Below the pieces are notes generated by a model. That model ran no database searches and was not told the origin of the DNA. It worked only from the letters and a program-made list of their open reading frames with translations. Source: Patescibacteria group bacterium (lineage in GTDB: Bacteria; Patescibacteriota; Gracilibacteria; Peribacterales; Peribacteraceae). Taken from it: a DNA stretch of 52,048 nt. This document shows positions 27,703 to 37,099 of the stretch, piece after piece; position 1 is the first letter of the stretch; every line of letters begins with the position of its first letter. Where the stretch lies: contig JAHISE010000123.1 in NCBI GenBank assembly GCA_018818235.1, forward strand, positions 1 to 52,048, in the 5' to 3' direction. The position numbers and the translations under genes were made by a program.

Positions 27703-30681
27703 ATGAAACGTGGTTTTACTCTCATCGAGACGGCGGTCACATTGGCAATAGTAGGAGTATCTGCGGGTTTGGCTGTACCCATGTATCGCAATTATCAAAT
27801 AAGCAGTGACTTGGATTTGGCAACAAATCAGGTTGTGCAGGCTTTGCGTGGCGCGCAAATCAGATCTCAGTCCGGTGAAAGCGATGCGCAATGGGGACTT
27901 TATGTGCCCGAAGGAACAATTTACCAAGGTGAATCTTATGTGCTTCGTGAACCGGGGGTCGATGAGAAGTATTCACTTTCTCCTTCGGTTTCCACTTCCG
28001 GACTTTCTGAAGTCGCTTATTCTCGGGTAGATGGATTGCCGCAGCAAACCGGAGATATAATTATTACGGCAGTTAATGGAAAAAGCCGAATAATTACAAT
28101 TTCAGCGGATGGAATTTTGTCTTCTACTGGAATACAAGAGGCTCCGGTTGAATATGGAGTAGATGATGATGACGAAGGAGACGATGACGACGACGATGTG
28201 GGCGGTGTTGATAGTGATAGTGATGGTATTAATGATATTGACGAAGGAAGTGATGACATTGACGGTGACGGAGTTCCAAATTATCTGGATGATGACAGTG
28301 ACGGAGATGGTATTCCTGATTCAGAGGAAGGAGGAGGCGACAATGACATGGATGGAGTTCCCGATTATCTGGATGACGACAGTGACGGAGATGGGGTTCC
28401 GGATGCAGATGAGGGGATTGTGGATTCTGATGAGGACGGTATCCCTGATTATTTGGATGATGACAGTGATAATGATGGTATCCCCGACGGAGAGGATGAC
28501 GATAGGGATGGCAACGGTATTATTGATATCGATGAAGTTACGGATAATGATGCAGAAGAAGAACCTGGAGAAGAATGCGAAGACAGATTTACTGTTTCGA
28601 ATGATGGGACAATCGAAACTACCGGCACAGTTGATGTTACATTCAACGGTTTGGGATCAGATATTTTGTACGGAAGCAGAGGTAGAGTATCTGTCAATGC
28701 ATGGGCAAGTGTAAACGGAGGTAAAACTTGGATCCCGCTTTTCGAAGGAAGAGATATAAAAGGAAGTGTTCAAGATGTGACCACTATTAGAAACGTTCCA
28801 TCAAATAGCAAAATAATGGTAAGAATAAGCGGACGATATAGCTGGTACTTCAATAAAAAATATGAATCTAATGATAATTCCGGGCATATTTTGGTTTTGC
28901 GAAGGGGAAATAACGCACCTGACTACAAGCCATTAAGAAATCGTGGAGCCCTAAAAAAGTATCTTAAAGATTTATTTGATGTCAGAGGTAAAATTAAAAT
29001 CGGGAAATACGATACTGTTATCTTGGCTGAACTGGAATCCCTTAACAAAAACAAATCAGATTTTCAGGATGCGGTTATTCACGTAAAATTCGATCAAAAT
29101 AATAACAGTTGCGCCAGAGAAGATGAACCAAGATTTAAAGTCGTATTCGATCGTATCGAAAATGTCGATCAGGGAAATGCTGCAAACGAAGTATATGTCG
29201 GCGAATCTGCAATGCACTATTCTGAATCACAATGGATACCGCTAACACTCAGTGGAGTTGCAATTCTCGATAGCGGTCTGGATGAAAATGTTGAAGGTTT
29301 ATCGATAGAAAGACGTGAAGGAAAGGTGCGTGTTCTGTTACATGGTTCACATACCGGTATTTCAAAAGAAATAGTAGATGCTCGTATTGTTTTTGATAAC
29401 GCAGTTGTAACGGGCATGGAAAATGATAGCGGTAACAATCAGTCAGAAACTCCTTTCGATGGTGTTGTTAATGATGGCCCCTTGGGGGACGAGGCCACAG
29501 CTGGCGCGACAGAAGTTCTTTTCCAGACCAGAGTAACCAACTCGGATGATGCCATTATTATCAATTGGGCACAGGAAGCCGAGGAAGATGAAGTAGAAGA
29601 GGAGGAATCTGAAACACAGGGAGAAGATCCGGACATAGATCCTTGCGAGGCAGCTTATACCATAGAGGACGGCAATATTATTCTTGGGGAAAACGCACAT
29701 GTAACTTTCAGTACTCTTGGATCATATGCAAGGCATGGTAAAAATGGACCCGAAATTCAGGTTCGATTAAGTGCGAGTGTTGATGGTGGACAAACTTGGA
29801 GGACTCTTTACAATTATCATGATATTGACGGAGGCGAATCTCAGTCATTCGCAAATGTGCCTACGGGTAATAAAATTATGTTAAAGGTTGAGGGGCGATA
29901 CGGATGGGTTTTCAAGAAAAATGTTCAACTTAAGGATGGATCCGGACGAATGAAAATATTCAGATCAGGGGATGATGTTCCTCAGTTGGTTAGTTTTTTG
30001 AATCCGCAAAGATTGCAAAAATTTATGAGAGACAAGATCAAAAATCATAAGTTCGATATTGGCAGTAGAAGGGTATTGATAGTCACGGAACTTCAGGATT
30101 TGGACAGCCAGTCTGATTACCAGGATTCGGTTGTGGAGGTGATTATGGAGAAAACTTCGTGCGGTAGCGTGGAGGAGGACACGGAAGAAGTGGAGGAAAG
30201 AGAAATGGAAAACAAAGTTACAATATGTCATTACCCTCCGGGGAATCGGGATAATCCTCAGGTTTTGGTGATAGATATTGCGGCCTGGCCAACTCATAAA
30301 TTAAGAGGAGACCGTCTTGGAGCGTGTGAAGAAGACAGGGATGGAGACGGTGTACCAAACGCAATGGATCTTTGTCCGAATACATATGTTCCGGAAGGAG
30401 TTCCAAAGGAAGATATGAAGTTCAATCGTTTTGCGTTAACAAACAATAGTACGGTGTTCAGCAAGGGGCCGCGTAAGAAGATTGGTGAATTTACAATCAA
30501 TGACACCAAGGGTTGTAGCTGCGAACAGTTATTGGATGTCGCGGAAAATATCAAGTCTTATTATTTTGATCAGTATCCTCTGCTTCATCGCAATTTAAGA
30601 GCCTTATTCCCTGCCTATACGCAAGGTGCGAGAAGGAATGGCTGTTATTATAGGTTGTTGAATGTGGTAAAGAGGGGATGA
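27703..30681 (+). CDS. Giant (992 aa) prepilin-type protein with thrombospondin-type-3-like Ca-binding repeats and a duplicated ~180-aa domain
   Basis: Canonical class III signal [25 protein letters not shown] (G/F cleavage site, E+5). DxDxDGxxDxxD repeats are encoded at about 28190-28570. Two paralogous domains start at about 28576 and 29644 (...[16 protein letters not shown]...ISGRYSWYF... versus ...[16 protein letters not shown]...VEGRYGWVF...). A C-terminal CHYPPGN...[11 protein letters not shown] module is present. Confidence 0.88.
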   Translation: MKRGFTLIETAVTLAIVGVSAGLAVPMYRNYQISSDLDLATNQVVQALRGAQIRSQSGESDAQWGLYVPEGTIYQGESYVLREPGVDEKYSLSPSVSTSGLSEVAYSRVDGLPQQTGDIIITAVNGKSRIITISADGILSSTGIQEAPVEYGVDDDDEGDDDDDDVGGVDSDSDGINDIDEGSDDIDGDGVPNYLDDDSDGDGIPDSEEGGGDNDMDGVPDYLDDDSDGDGVPDADEGIVDSDEDGIPDYLDDDSDNDGIPDGEDDDRDGNGIIDIDEVTDNDAEEEPGEECEDRFTVSNDGTIETTGTVDVTFNGLGSDILYGSRGRVSVNAWASVNGGKTWIPLFEGRDIKGSVQDVTTIRNVPSNSKIMVRISGRYSWYFNKKYESNDNSGHILVLRRGNNAPDYKPLRNRGALKKYLKDLFDVRGKIKIGKYDTVILAELESLNKNKSDFQDAVIHVKFDQNNNSCAREDEPRFKVVFDRIENVDQGNAANEVYVGESAMHYSESQWIPLTLSGVAILDSGLDENVEGLSIERREGKVRVLLHGSHTGISKEIVDARIVFDNAVVTGMENDSGNNQSETPFDGVVNDGPLGDEATAGATEVLFQTRVTNSDDAIIINWAQEAEEDEVEEEESETQGEDPDIDPCEAAYTIEDGNIILGENAHVTFSTLGSYARHGKNGPEIQVRLSASVDGGQTWRTLYNYHDIDGGESQSFANVPTGNKIMLKVEGRYGWVFKKNVQLKDGSGRMKIFRSGDDVPQLVSFLNPQRLQKFMRDKIKNHKFDIGSRRVLIVTELQDLDSQSDYQDSVVEVIMEKTSCGSVEEDTEEVEEREMENKVTICHYPPGNRDNPQVLVIDIAAWPTHKLRGDRLGACEEDRDGDGVPNAMDLCPNTYVPEGVPKEDMKFNRFALTNNSTVFSKGPRKKIGEFTINDTKGCSCEQLLDVAENIKSYYFDQYPLLHRNLRALFPAYTQGARRNGCYYRLLNVVKRG

Positions 30682-30683
30682 TT

Positions 30684-30845
30684 TAGTTTGCTAGTTGACT
30701 AGTTTCTGGTTTTTAGTTCGCAAGCCACGTCACTCGCCACTGTCATTCACGAATGACGTGGTTCGCGATTGATCGTGGCAGGCGAAAACTTGGATGTTCA
30801 TTATCAAAATAACTAGTCAACTAGAAACTAGTAAACTTGATAACT
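30684..30845. repeat. Intercistronic palindromic element (ctagt-rich arms plus GC-rich core)
   Basis: Arms are tagtttgctagttgactagtttctgg and aactagtcaactagaaactagtaaact. The core agccacgtcactcgccactgtcattcacgaatgacgtggttcgcgattgatcgtggcaggcga (30723-30786) is ~85% identical to 33624-33686. Confidence 0.75.
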
Positions 30846-30874
30846 AACCCGATGTTGCTACGCTTACCTGTGCA

Positions 30875-32329
30875 TTGTCTAAATATTATCATCATCATCG
30901 CCCCGCCTTCTTCCTTCTCGATGTCCTACTCGGCATCTCCGTCTTTGCAATATTTATCGGAATCGCAGGTTACGCACTCATCTCCACACAAAATATTTCC
31001 ATAGTGAGTGGCGACAGAATCAGGGGAGCTTCTTTATCCCAACAGGCGATCGAAGCGGTGCGCAGTCTTCGTGATGATGATTTTGATAATCTTTCCGAAG
31101 GAACTTTTGGTTTGGCCATTAATTCTGTTAGTGGAGAATGGGAATTGAGTGGAGCAGGAACAGTCAGTGAGGATGGATTTACAACACAAGTTCAAATTTC
31201 ATTGCCCGATGAAGATCATGCATTAGTTTCTGCAGAAACAACTTGGTCATTCGGTTCCAATCGATCAGGAACATCATCAATAACAACGCAACTGAGCAAT
31301 TGGCAGCAGGTTAAAATAATCGGGAACTGGGAAGTGCTTTCAGAATTAAGTAGCATCGCCGAAGACCCCGCTCCGCGATTCAATGATATCGCGATTACAG
31401 GAAATTATGTATTTGTTACGAGTGAAGTTGCAACCGGAGGAGCCGGGCTTTATGTGTTTGATACGACTAATCTTTCGTTTCCTTCCCGTATTGCAGACGG
31501 ATTTAATCTGGGTGCAGACGGATATCAATTAATTGTTTGCGGAGATACACTTTATGTTCTCAGCACTTCTTCTTCTGCGGAGGTGAGAGCTTATAGCATC
31601 ACATCTCCCGAAGCATTTGCCGATGACAAATTGATAGGTTCATACAATATTCCCGGCTCAGGCAGAGCCAGATCCTTGGCAATCTTTGGATCAACTTTAT
31701 TTGTTGGCACTATTACTGATGCCGTTGAAGACGAAATATATGCGCTTGATATCACAGATCCAACGGATATTCAGCTTCTGGATTCATTGGATGACGACGG
31801 AAGTTATCTGGATATGTATTTGCATAATGGATATGCATATGTGAGCAGTACGGAAGACGTTGCTGAGTTAACAGTTGTTGATATTTTTGATCCTGCGGAC
31901 ATCAAGTTTGCTCCCGGGGTTGGTTACAATCTGACAGATGTACCTGACGGACTTGCGGTAATTGCATTTGGGAATTCTGTTTTATTGGGACGTGCCTATG
32001 GAGATGTGATTCAGGAGCTTGTGCTTTTTGATGTCGAAGAAAATCCCGTGCCCACTCCCCCGCCGGGACCTTGGTATCACGGAATCGGAGCGGACTTAAG
32101 TGCTTTGGATATTGAACCGGCTGGAGAATATACTTTTGCTGCAACAGCGCACGATTCAGCGGAACTGCAGGTGATAGATTTGGAAAAATTCCGGTTGGGT
32201 CAGCTTCCGCGTGTTGCAAGTATCGACACAGACACGGGGGTTGGCAGAGGTATTAAATATGATATTCAAAGAGATCGGCTATTCTTTACAACAGATTCTG
32301 CGATTCACATTTTTGCTCCCGGCATATGA
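30875..32329 (+). CDS. Pilin-like N-terminal helix fused to an LVIVD-type beta-propeller repeat domain
   Basis: 484 aa with a TTG start. The N-terminus RPAFFLLDVLLGISVFAIFIGIAGYALI is pilin-like but atypical (A instead of G at -1, D at +5). There are six or more repeats of the LVIVD style (LYVFDTTNLSFP, VRAYSITSPEAF, IYALDITDPTDI, LTVVDIFDPADI, LVLFDVEENPVP, LQVIDLEKF). Confidence 0.75.
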   Translation: MSKYYHHHRPAFFLLDVLLGISVFAIFIGIAGYALISTQNISIVSGDRIRGASLSQQAIEAVRSLRDDDFDNLSEGTFGLAINSVSGEWELSGAGTVSEDGFTTQVQISLPDEDHALVSAETTWSFGSNRSGTSSITTQLSNWQQVKIIGNWEVLSELSSIAEDPAPRFNDIAITGNYVFVTSEVATGGAGLYVFDTTNLSFPSRIADGFNLGADGYQLIVCGDTLYVLSTSSSAEVRAYSITSPEAFADDKLIGSYNIPGSGRARSLAIFGSTLFVGTITDAVEDEIYALDITDPTDIQLLDSLDDDGSYLDMYLHNGYAYVSSTEDVAELTVVDIFDPADIKFAPGVGYNLTDVPDGLAVIAFGNSVLLGRAYGDVIQELVLFDVEENPVPTPPPGPWYHGIGADLSALDIEPAGEYTFAATAHDSAELQVIDLEKFRLGQLPRVASIDTDTGVGRGIKYDIQRDRLFFTTDSAIHIFAPGI

Positions 32330-32745
32330 TCTATCACTCTTTCAAAAACGGCTACACCTTTCTGTTAAGCACTTTGTTTGTCGGGGCAATTGCAATTGCT
32401 GTCACGGGCACGATGCTGATGATGAGTTGGCTAACGCTGCGAAATGGACAGATTCTGGAGCAATCCGGCAGAGCTTACGAAATGGCAGCCACATGCGCAG
32501 AACACGGTCTTCTGGAATTATTTGAAGACAATGTTTACATAGGTAATGAAGATTTAGCCATTGGTGATGGAACCTGTTCTATTCTGACGGTTGGTGGATC
32601 GGGAAACGAAAGCAGAACATTGTGTACGGAAGGAGTGAGTGGTGGAACAACCAGAAGGCTGGAAATTATAATTGAAAAAATTCTTCCAACTATTGAAATA
32701 TTTGCATGGCAGGAGGTCGAAATGTTCTCTTCGTGTGAGTATTGA
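32326..32745 (+). CDS. Small pilus-associated protein with a hydrophobic N-terminal helix (PilX-like minor pilin candidate)
   Basis: 139 aa. The start ATG overlaps the upstream stop (ATGA). The N-terminus is NGYTFLLSTLFVGAIAIAVTGTMLMM. Confidence 0.65.
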   Translation: MIYHSFKNGYTFLLSTLFVGAIAIAVTGTMLMMSWLTLRNGQILEQSGRAYEMAATCAEHGLLELFEDNVYIGNEDLAIGDGTCSILTVGGSGNESRTLCTEGVSGGTTRRLEIIIEKILPTIEIFAWQEVEMFSSCEY

Positions 32746-32772
32746 TGAAGTTTTTACACTACTTAAGTGTAA

Positions 32773-32876
32773 GTTAACTAGTTTACTGGTTTACTAGTTT
32801 CTAGTTATGTAAACAATTGATAAGTCGAATCTGAAATTTGCTAAACTAGTTAACTAAAAACTAGTAAACTAGCAAC
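32773..32876. repeat. Intercistronic imperfect palindrome (arms only)
   Basis: gttaactagtttactggtttactagtttctagtt (32773-32806) pairs with aaactagttaactaaaaactagtaaactagcaac (32843-32876). The arms are about 34 nt and are imperfect reverse complements. Confidence 0.7.
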
Positions 32877-32891
32877 TGAACAGCATCCAAT

Positions 32892-33518
32892 ATGATTACA
32901 TCTAACAAACAAGGCACGTCCCTCGTAGAACTATTAATGTTCCTCGGCTTCTTCGCTCTTTGCAGTGGCGTACTGATCGGAGTGCTTGCAATGTCAAATG
33001 AACAGCGTGTTCGGCAACAAACTATTACAGATGTGGAACAAGAAGGAATGCAATTTCTTCAGATGTTAACCAGAAGAATGCGCAGTGCCGAAAGAATTAT
33101 TTTACCTGTAGCAGGTTCAACCGGCTCTGTGCTTGTTTTACAGATGTCTGATCAATCGCAAGATCCAACAATTATTGCATTGCAAACGGGATCTGTAAAA
33201 GTTGCTGAATCAAGTACGGTGCGCGTACTAAGTTCGAGCGGCATAGTTATTTCCAATATTGTTTTCAGAAACACCTCCGTATCCGCCAATCGTCAAAGTG
33301 GTCAGATTAATTTTGTTGTTACCCGCAGCGTTCCTATCCCAACCGGTGGAACATACACCCGTCCTTTTGGAACATCTGTAGTTCTGTTTTCCGATGATGA
33401 TCCTGGTGGAAATTCTTGCGGATGCGCTGTTCCTGTTTGTTCAAATGGATGGTTGAGTTGGGGGTATTGTGAGGGGGAGGTGTGTGAGGATGTGGGGGAG
33501 GTGGTGCCGTGTGATTGA
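32892..33518 (+). CDS. Prepilin-type minor pilin candidate
   Basis: 208 aa. N-terminus NKQGTSLVELLMFLGFFALCSGVLIGVL (G at -1, E at +5). The C-terminus is Cys-rich (CGCAVPVCSNGWLSWGYCEGEVCEDVGEVVPC). Confidence 0.75.
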   Translation: MITSNKQGTSLVELLMFLGFFALCSGVLIGVLAMSNEQRVRQQTITDVEQEGMQFLQMLTRRMRSAERIILPVAGSTGSVLVLQMSDQSQDPTIIALQTGSVKVAESSTVRVLSSSGIVISNIVFRNTSVSANRQSGQINFVVTRSVPIPTGGTYTRPFGTSVVLFSDDDPGGNSCGCAVPVCSNGWLSWGYCEGEVCEDVGEVVPCD

Positions 33519-33531
33519 TAGTTCTTATGTG

Positions 33532-33712
33532 TCACTAGTCACTGGTCGCTTGTCACTGGTCTTTTGTGTATTGATTGACTAGTGACCCTTCTTCGTTCGC
33601 TGCGGCGAACTCCGGACGGGTAGGCCACGTCACTCGCCACTGTTATTCGTGAATGACGTGGCTCGTGAGTGACCGTGGCAGGCGAGTGACTAGAGACCAG
33701 GGACCTTTCAGT
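33532..33712. repeat. Intercistronic palindromic element (gtcact-rich arms plus GC-rich core)
   Basis: The core ggccacgtcactcgccactgttattcgtgaatgacgtggctcgtgagtgaccgtggcaggcga (33624-33686) is homologous to 30723-30786 and partly to 49268-49310. The arms are cactagtcactggtc and gtgactagagaccag. Confidence 0.75.
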
Positions 33713-33843
33713 GATCAATTTATACATTTACATACTATTCACCACCCCCGTCAATCCAAACATAATTATTGAACAAAAAATTTGTTATACTTCTCAAAAG
33801 TCGTATTGCAACGACTCTTTACAATTCTTCCCCCCCTATCTTT

Positions 33844-34302
33844 ATGAAAATCCGTTTCCACAAAGGATTTACGCTCATCGAGCTCCTGCTGGTGATCGGT
33901 ATTATTGCTATTTTGGCATCCATTGTCATTGTGGCTATTAATCCGACCAAACAGCTAGGTGATGCACGTAATGCTCAGCGCCGCAGCGATGTGAACACAA
34001 TTCTAAATGCGGTTTATCAGTATGCCATTGATAACAATGGTACTTTGCCAGGTGCAATTCCAACCGGAACTGCAAAACAGATTTGTGAAGCTGCTACAAC
34101 AGGCACAGCTTGCACAGACGCTCCGGTAAGCGGTGTTGATCTTGCCAGTCTTGTTGGAACCTACATTGTAGGTATTCCCGAGGATCCTCAGGATACAACA
34201 GATGATACTGTCGGATACACTATTATTCAGGACGCCAATGGTCGTGTAACTGTTGCAGCACCGGGTGCTGAGCAGAGTGCGACGATCTCGGTGACTAGAT
34301 AA
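33844..34302 (+). CDS. Type IV pilin (major pilin candidate)
   Basis: 152 aa from ATG 33844. Canonical MKIRFHKGFTLIELLLVIGIIAILASIVIVAI (G/F cleavage site, E+5). It is small and is the last gene of the block. The track start at 33769 adds an implausible 25-aa extension. Confidence 0.9.
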   Translation: MKIRFHKGFTLIELLLVIGIIAILASIVIVAINPTKQLGDARNAQRRSDVNTILNAVYQYAIDNNGTLPGAIPTGTAKQICEAATTGTACTDAPVSGVDLASLVGTYIVGIPEDPQDTTDDTVGYTIIQDANGRVTVAAPGAEQSATISVTR

Positions 34303-34315
34303 TTAGTTTGAATTA

Positions 34316-34358
34316 GAAAGAAGCCCTTTTTTGCTTAGGCGGGAGGGGCTTCTTTTGG
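34316..34358 (+). terminator. Candidate intrinsic terminator after the pilin gene
   Basis: Stem aagaagccc / gggcttctt followed by ttgg. The loop is unusually large at about 20 nt. Confidence 0.4.
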
Positions 34359-34384
34359 TTATCGATTTGATCTCCGTGCATTGG

Positions 34385-34760
34385 CGCGCCGGCCCTTCTC
34401 CAACCGACCTCACCCCCGGCCCCTCTCCTCTGAGGAGGAGAGGGGAGCTCTACAAAAGGAGAGAACGAACTTTGATTATTCTATTTTTTGAGAGAGCAAA
34501 CTATGAATTCTCCAATAGCAGAGCTCCTAAACCGACCTCACCCCTAGCCCCTCTCCTCTGAGGAGGAGAGGGGAACTCTGCTAAAGGAGAGAACAAACTT
34601 TGAATTCATCAATAGCAGAGCTCCCCTCTCCCATCGGGAGAGGGGCCGGGGGAGAGGGGCGCAAGGGGGTGGGCCGGGGGAGAGGGAGACTCGGGAGTGG
34701 GCCGGGGGTGAGGTCGATTGCTGGGCATCTTCGAGGGGCTAGGGGGAGAGGGAAGACAAG
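34385..34760. repeat. GC-rich hairpin repeat element, copy B (right flank of the pilus block), about 1.5 tandem units, inverted relative to copy A
   Basis: Unit 1 spans 34404-34527 and unit 2 spans 34532-34760. Both start ccgacctcaccc...cccctctcctctgaggaggagagggg. Unit 2 continues through cccctctcccatcgggagaggggccggggg. It is the reverse complement of 22960-23203. Confidence 0.85.
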
Positions 34761-34866
34761 TGGAGCAGTGCCAGAGGCAAAGGGAGATTAAGGCAGTTAA
34801 GAAGAGTTTAGGTCAAAGAAAGCTAAAAACGGCAAGGATTAGCCAATAGACTAAAATCTAGAATCA

Positions 34867-34875
34867 TGCTATAAT
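34867..34875 (+). promoter_or_regulatory. Candidate extended -10 (TGCTATAAT) for the histidine kinase gene
   Basis: Perfect TGnTATAAT 17 nt upstream of ATG 34892, which implies a very short leader. Confidence 0.4.
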
Positions 34876-34891
34876 ATCTTATATACAAACA

Positions 34892-37099
34892 ATGACTACA
34901 GAAAGCGAAAAAACGAGGCTCTCCTCGCCGCGCACGTCCATACGCAAGCGTGCCGTTCGGTTGTATGTTCTCTTTGCAGCATGCATTGTTCTGGTGCTAA
35001 CTCTAAGTTCATTTTTTATGGCACGTGGGTTTCTGGAACAGAGAGTTCTCTCTCAGCTTTCTTCCATTGTTGCAGCCAAGGAAGATCTGGTTGAGCATGT
35101 TCTTAGGAACGACAGAGCACGAGTAGCGCTTCTTGCTACAAGGACAGAAGTTAAAGAAGTGATTCAAGGCAATAATACTCGTACCATTCTTAATGAGTTA
35201 ATAGAACGTATGAGAGAAGAGCATGTTCCGGTACTTGGTGTTGCAGTTTTTGATCTGTCCGGTCAAGAAGTATCCGGTGCCGGATTATCTGCAAGATCAA
35301 AACCTCCTGAACAAGAAAGCACAATACTGTATGCCATTACCGATGATTTCGGGTGGCAGGAATATGAAATCTTTTCGCCGGTGTATTTGGAAGGAAAGCA
35401 TATTGGAGTTATAGGAGTGCGTTATGATGCCCGTCCGCTTTTGGATACTCTTTTGTCGGTTGCATCCGTTGGTGAGACAGGAGAAGTTCTTTTGGGTGCA
35501 GAGCAAGATGGTAAGTTGGTTATATTACATCACAGATTTCAGCCGGACGGAGGAAAGACCCTGCTTCTTGGAGATATTGATGAGCAATATAGTTATGGTT
35601 CACCTCTTGCCAAAGCTGTAAAGGGTGAAGAAAGCCTTCGGCGCAGCGAAGATTATTCGGGGCAGGATGTATATGCCGCATATAGGACATTGCCAAGTTT
35701 GGGATGGGGATTGGTGGTTAAAATTAATCGTTATGAAGCACTGGCAGGTACCGTCAGACTGGCTTGGTTTATGGCAATTCTTGGGATAGTGCTTATATTC
35801 GGAGCAGGTTTAATAGCGGTTATACTTGCGAAGTATTTAACTGATCCAATTATGAGGCTCAGTAGAAAGATGCAAAAACTTGGTCCCGAGAATTGGGGCT
35901 TTAGGCGCAGTGTTTATACGGGGGATGAAGTGGAATTTCTCGATCAGGTGGCTACAGATATGGCAAGCAGACTTAAAGAAATCTACGGGCATTTGGAAGA
36001 GAAGGTTGCGGAAAGAACGCAAGAACTGAAAGCACAATATGCAAAAGATCGTGCGATTTTGGAGAGCATACAACACGGAATAATCACAGTGGGAAAAACC
36101 GGAGTCATTCTGAGTGTGAACCCTGCAGCCAGCTTACTTCTTGATATGGATATTACGGATCTAATTGGAACAAAAGCAGAAGAAACAATCAGATTTTGCA
36201 AAGAAGGCAAAACGCAGGAAGCTCAGAACAATCCAATAGTCAGATCTCTTGTAACCAGAAAAGTAGCTCGTATTGATAGCAATCAACACGTTAGTGTTCT
36301 GCAAAAAGACGAATCATTTCTTCCTGTCACGGCAATATCAGCTCCACTTTTGGACAAGGGGCAATTGCTGGGTGCGGTAATTGTATTTCAGGATGTTACG
36401 GAAGAAAGAAGGGTGGATTATATTAAGTCCGAATTTATTTCTCTGGCTTCACATCAGCTTCGCACTCCCCTTTCGACAATGAACTGGTATCTGGAACTAT
36501 TTTCTGATGAAAAAGAAGGACTTTCACAAATGCAAAAGGAATCAGTGAGAGAAATGGATAGAGCAAGCAAAAGAATGTCTGATCTTTTGGATACACTTTT
36601 GCATGCTGCAAGGCTTGAAGGAGGCAATATTATGCCAAATATTCGTAAGATAGATATTATTGCTTTTATGAATGATGTTGTTGCCGAATGTAGGTCGGTT
36701 GCAAAGATAGAGGGTGTAAATTGTAAGTCCGATATTTCGCAGGAGCCGATTACTATTAATACGGATCCCGTGTTGCTTAATGTGATTATTCAAAATCTTT
36801 TCAGCAATGCGGTAAAGTACTCGCCAAAAGGGGGCGACGTGAAAATCACGTTAAAGAGTGACGGAAAATATATCGATATTACGGTCAAAGATAGTGGAAT
36901 GGGGATTCCGGCGAACGAACAACACAGAGTTTTTGAGCGCTTATTCCGTGCCCGCAATGTCAAATCCATTGATACCGAAGGGAGTGGATTGGGTCTATAT
37001 ATTTCTAAAATGATTTCCGGAGTTATTGGTGGCGAGCTGACATTTGTAAGTGACGAGAAAAATGGAACGGTGTTTACGTTGAGGTTGCTTGTTGTCTGA
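34892..37099 (+). CDS. Sensor histidine kinase (extracytoplasmic sensor, HAMP, PAS-like, HisKA, HATPase_c)
   Basis: 735 aa. TM1 is LYVLFAACIVLVLTLSSFF and TM2 is AWFMAILGIVLIFGAGLIAVILA, flanking a ~250-aa outside domain. H-box SHQLRTPL, N box NAVKYSP, and G boxes DSGMGI and GSGLGL. Confidence 0.9.
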   Translation: MTTESEKTRLSSPRTSIRKRAVRLYVLFAACIVLVLTLSSFFMARGFLEQRVLSQLSSIVAAKEDLVEHVLRNDRARVALLATRTEVKEVIQGNNTRTILNELIERMREEHVPVLGVAVFDLSGQEVSGAGLSARSKPPEQESTILYAITDDFGWQEYEIFSPVYLEGKHIGVIGVRYDARPLLDTLLSVASVGETGEVLLGAEQDGKLVILHHRFQPDGGKTLLLGDIDEQYSYGSPLAKAVKGEESLRRSEDYSGQDVYAAYRTLPSLGWGLVVKINRYEALAGTVRLAWFMAILGIVLIFGAGLIAVILAKYLTDPIMRLSRKMQKLGPENWGFRRSVYTGDEVEFLDQVATDMASRLKEIYGHLEEKVAERTQELKAQYAKDRAILESIQHGIITVGKTGVILSVNPAASLLLDMDITDLIGTKAEETIRFCKEGKTQEAQNNPIVRSLVTRKVARIDSNQHVSVLQKDESFLPVTAISAPLLDKGQLLGAVIVFQDVTEERRVDYIKSEFISLASHQLRTPLSTMNWYLELFSDEKEGLSQMQKESVREMDRASKRMSDLLDTLLHAARLEGGNIMPNIRKIDIIAFMNDVVAECRSVAKIEGVNCKSDISQEPITINTDPVLLNVIIQNLFSNAVKYSPKGGDVKITLKSDGKYIDITVKDSGMGIPANEQHRVFERLFRARNVKSIDTEGSGLGLYISKMISGVIGGELTFVSDEKNGTVFTLRLLVV

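Noticed and set aside
28163-28714. A 183-aa ORF ([12 protein letters not shown]...) and the minus-strand ORFs 28017-28259 and 28449-28697.
   Set aside because: They are alternative frames of the GAT/GAC-rich Ca-binding repeat region of the giant pilin gene.
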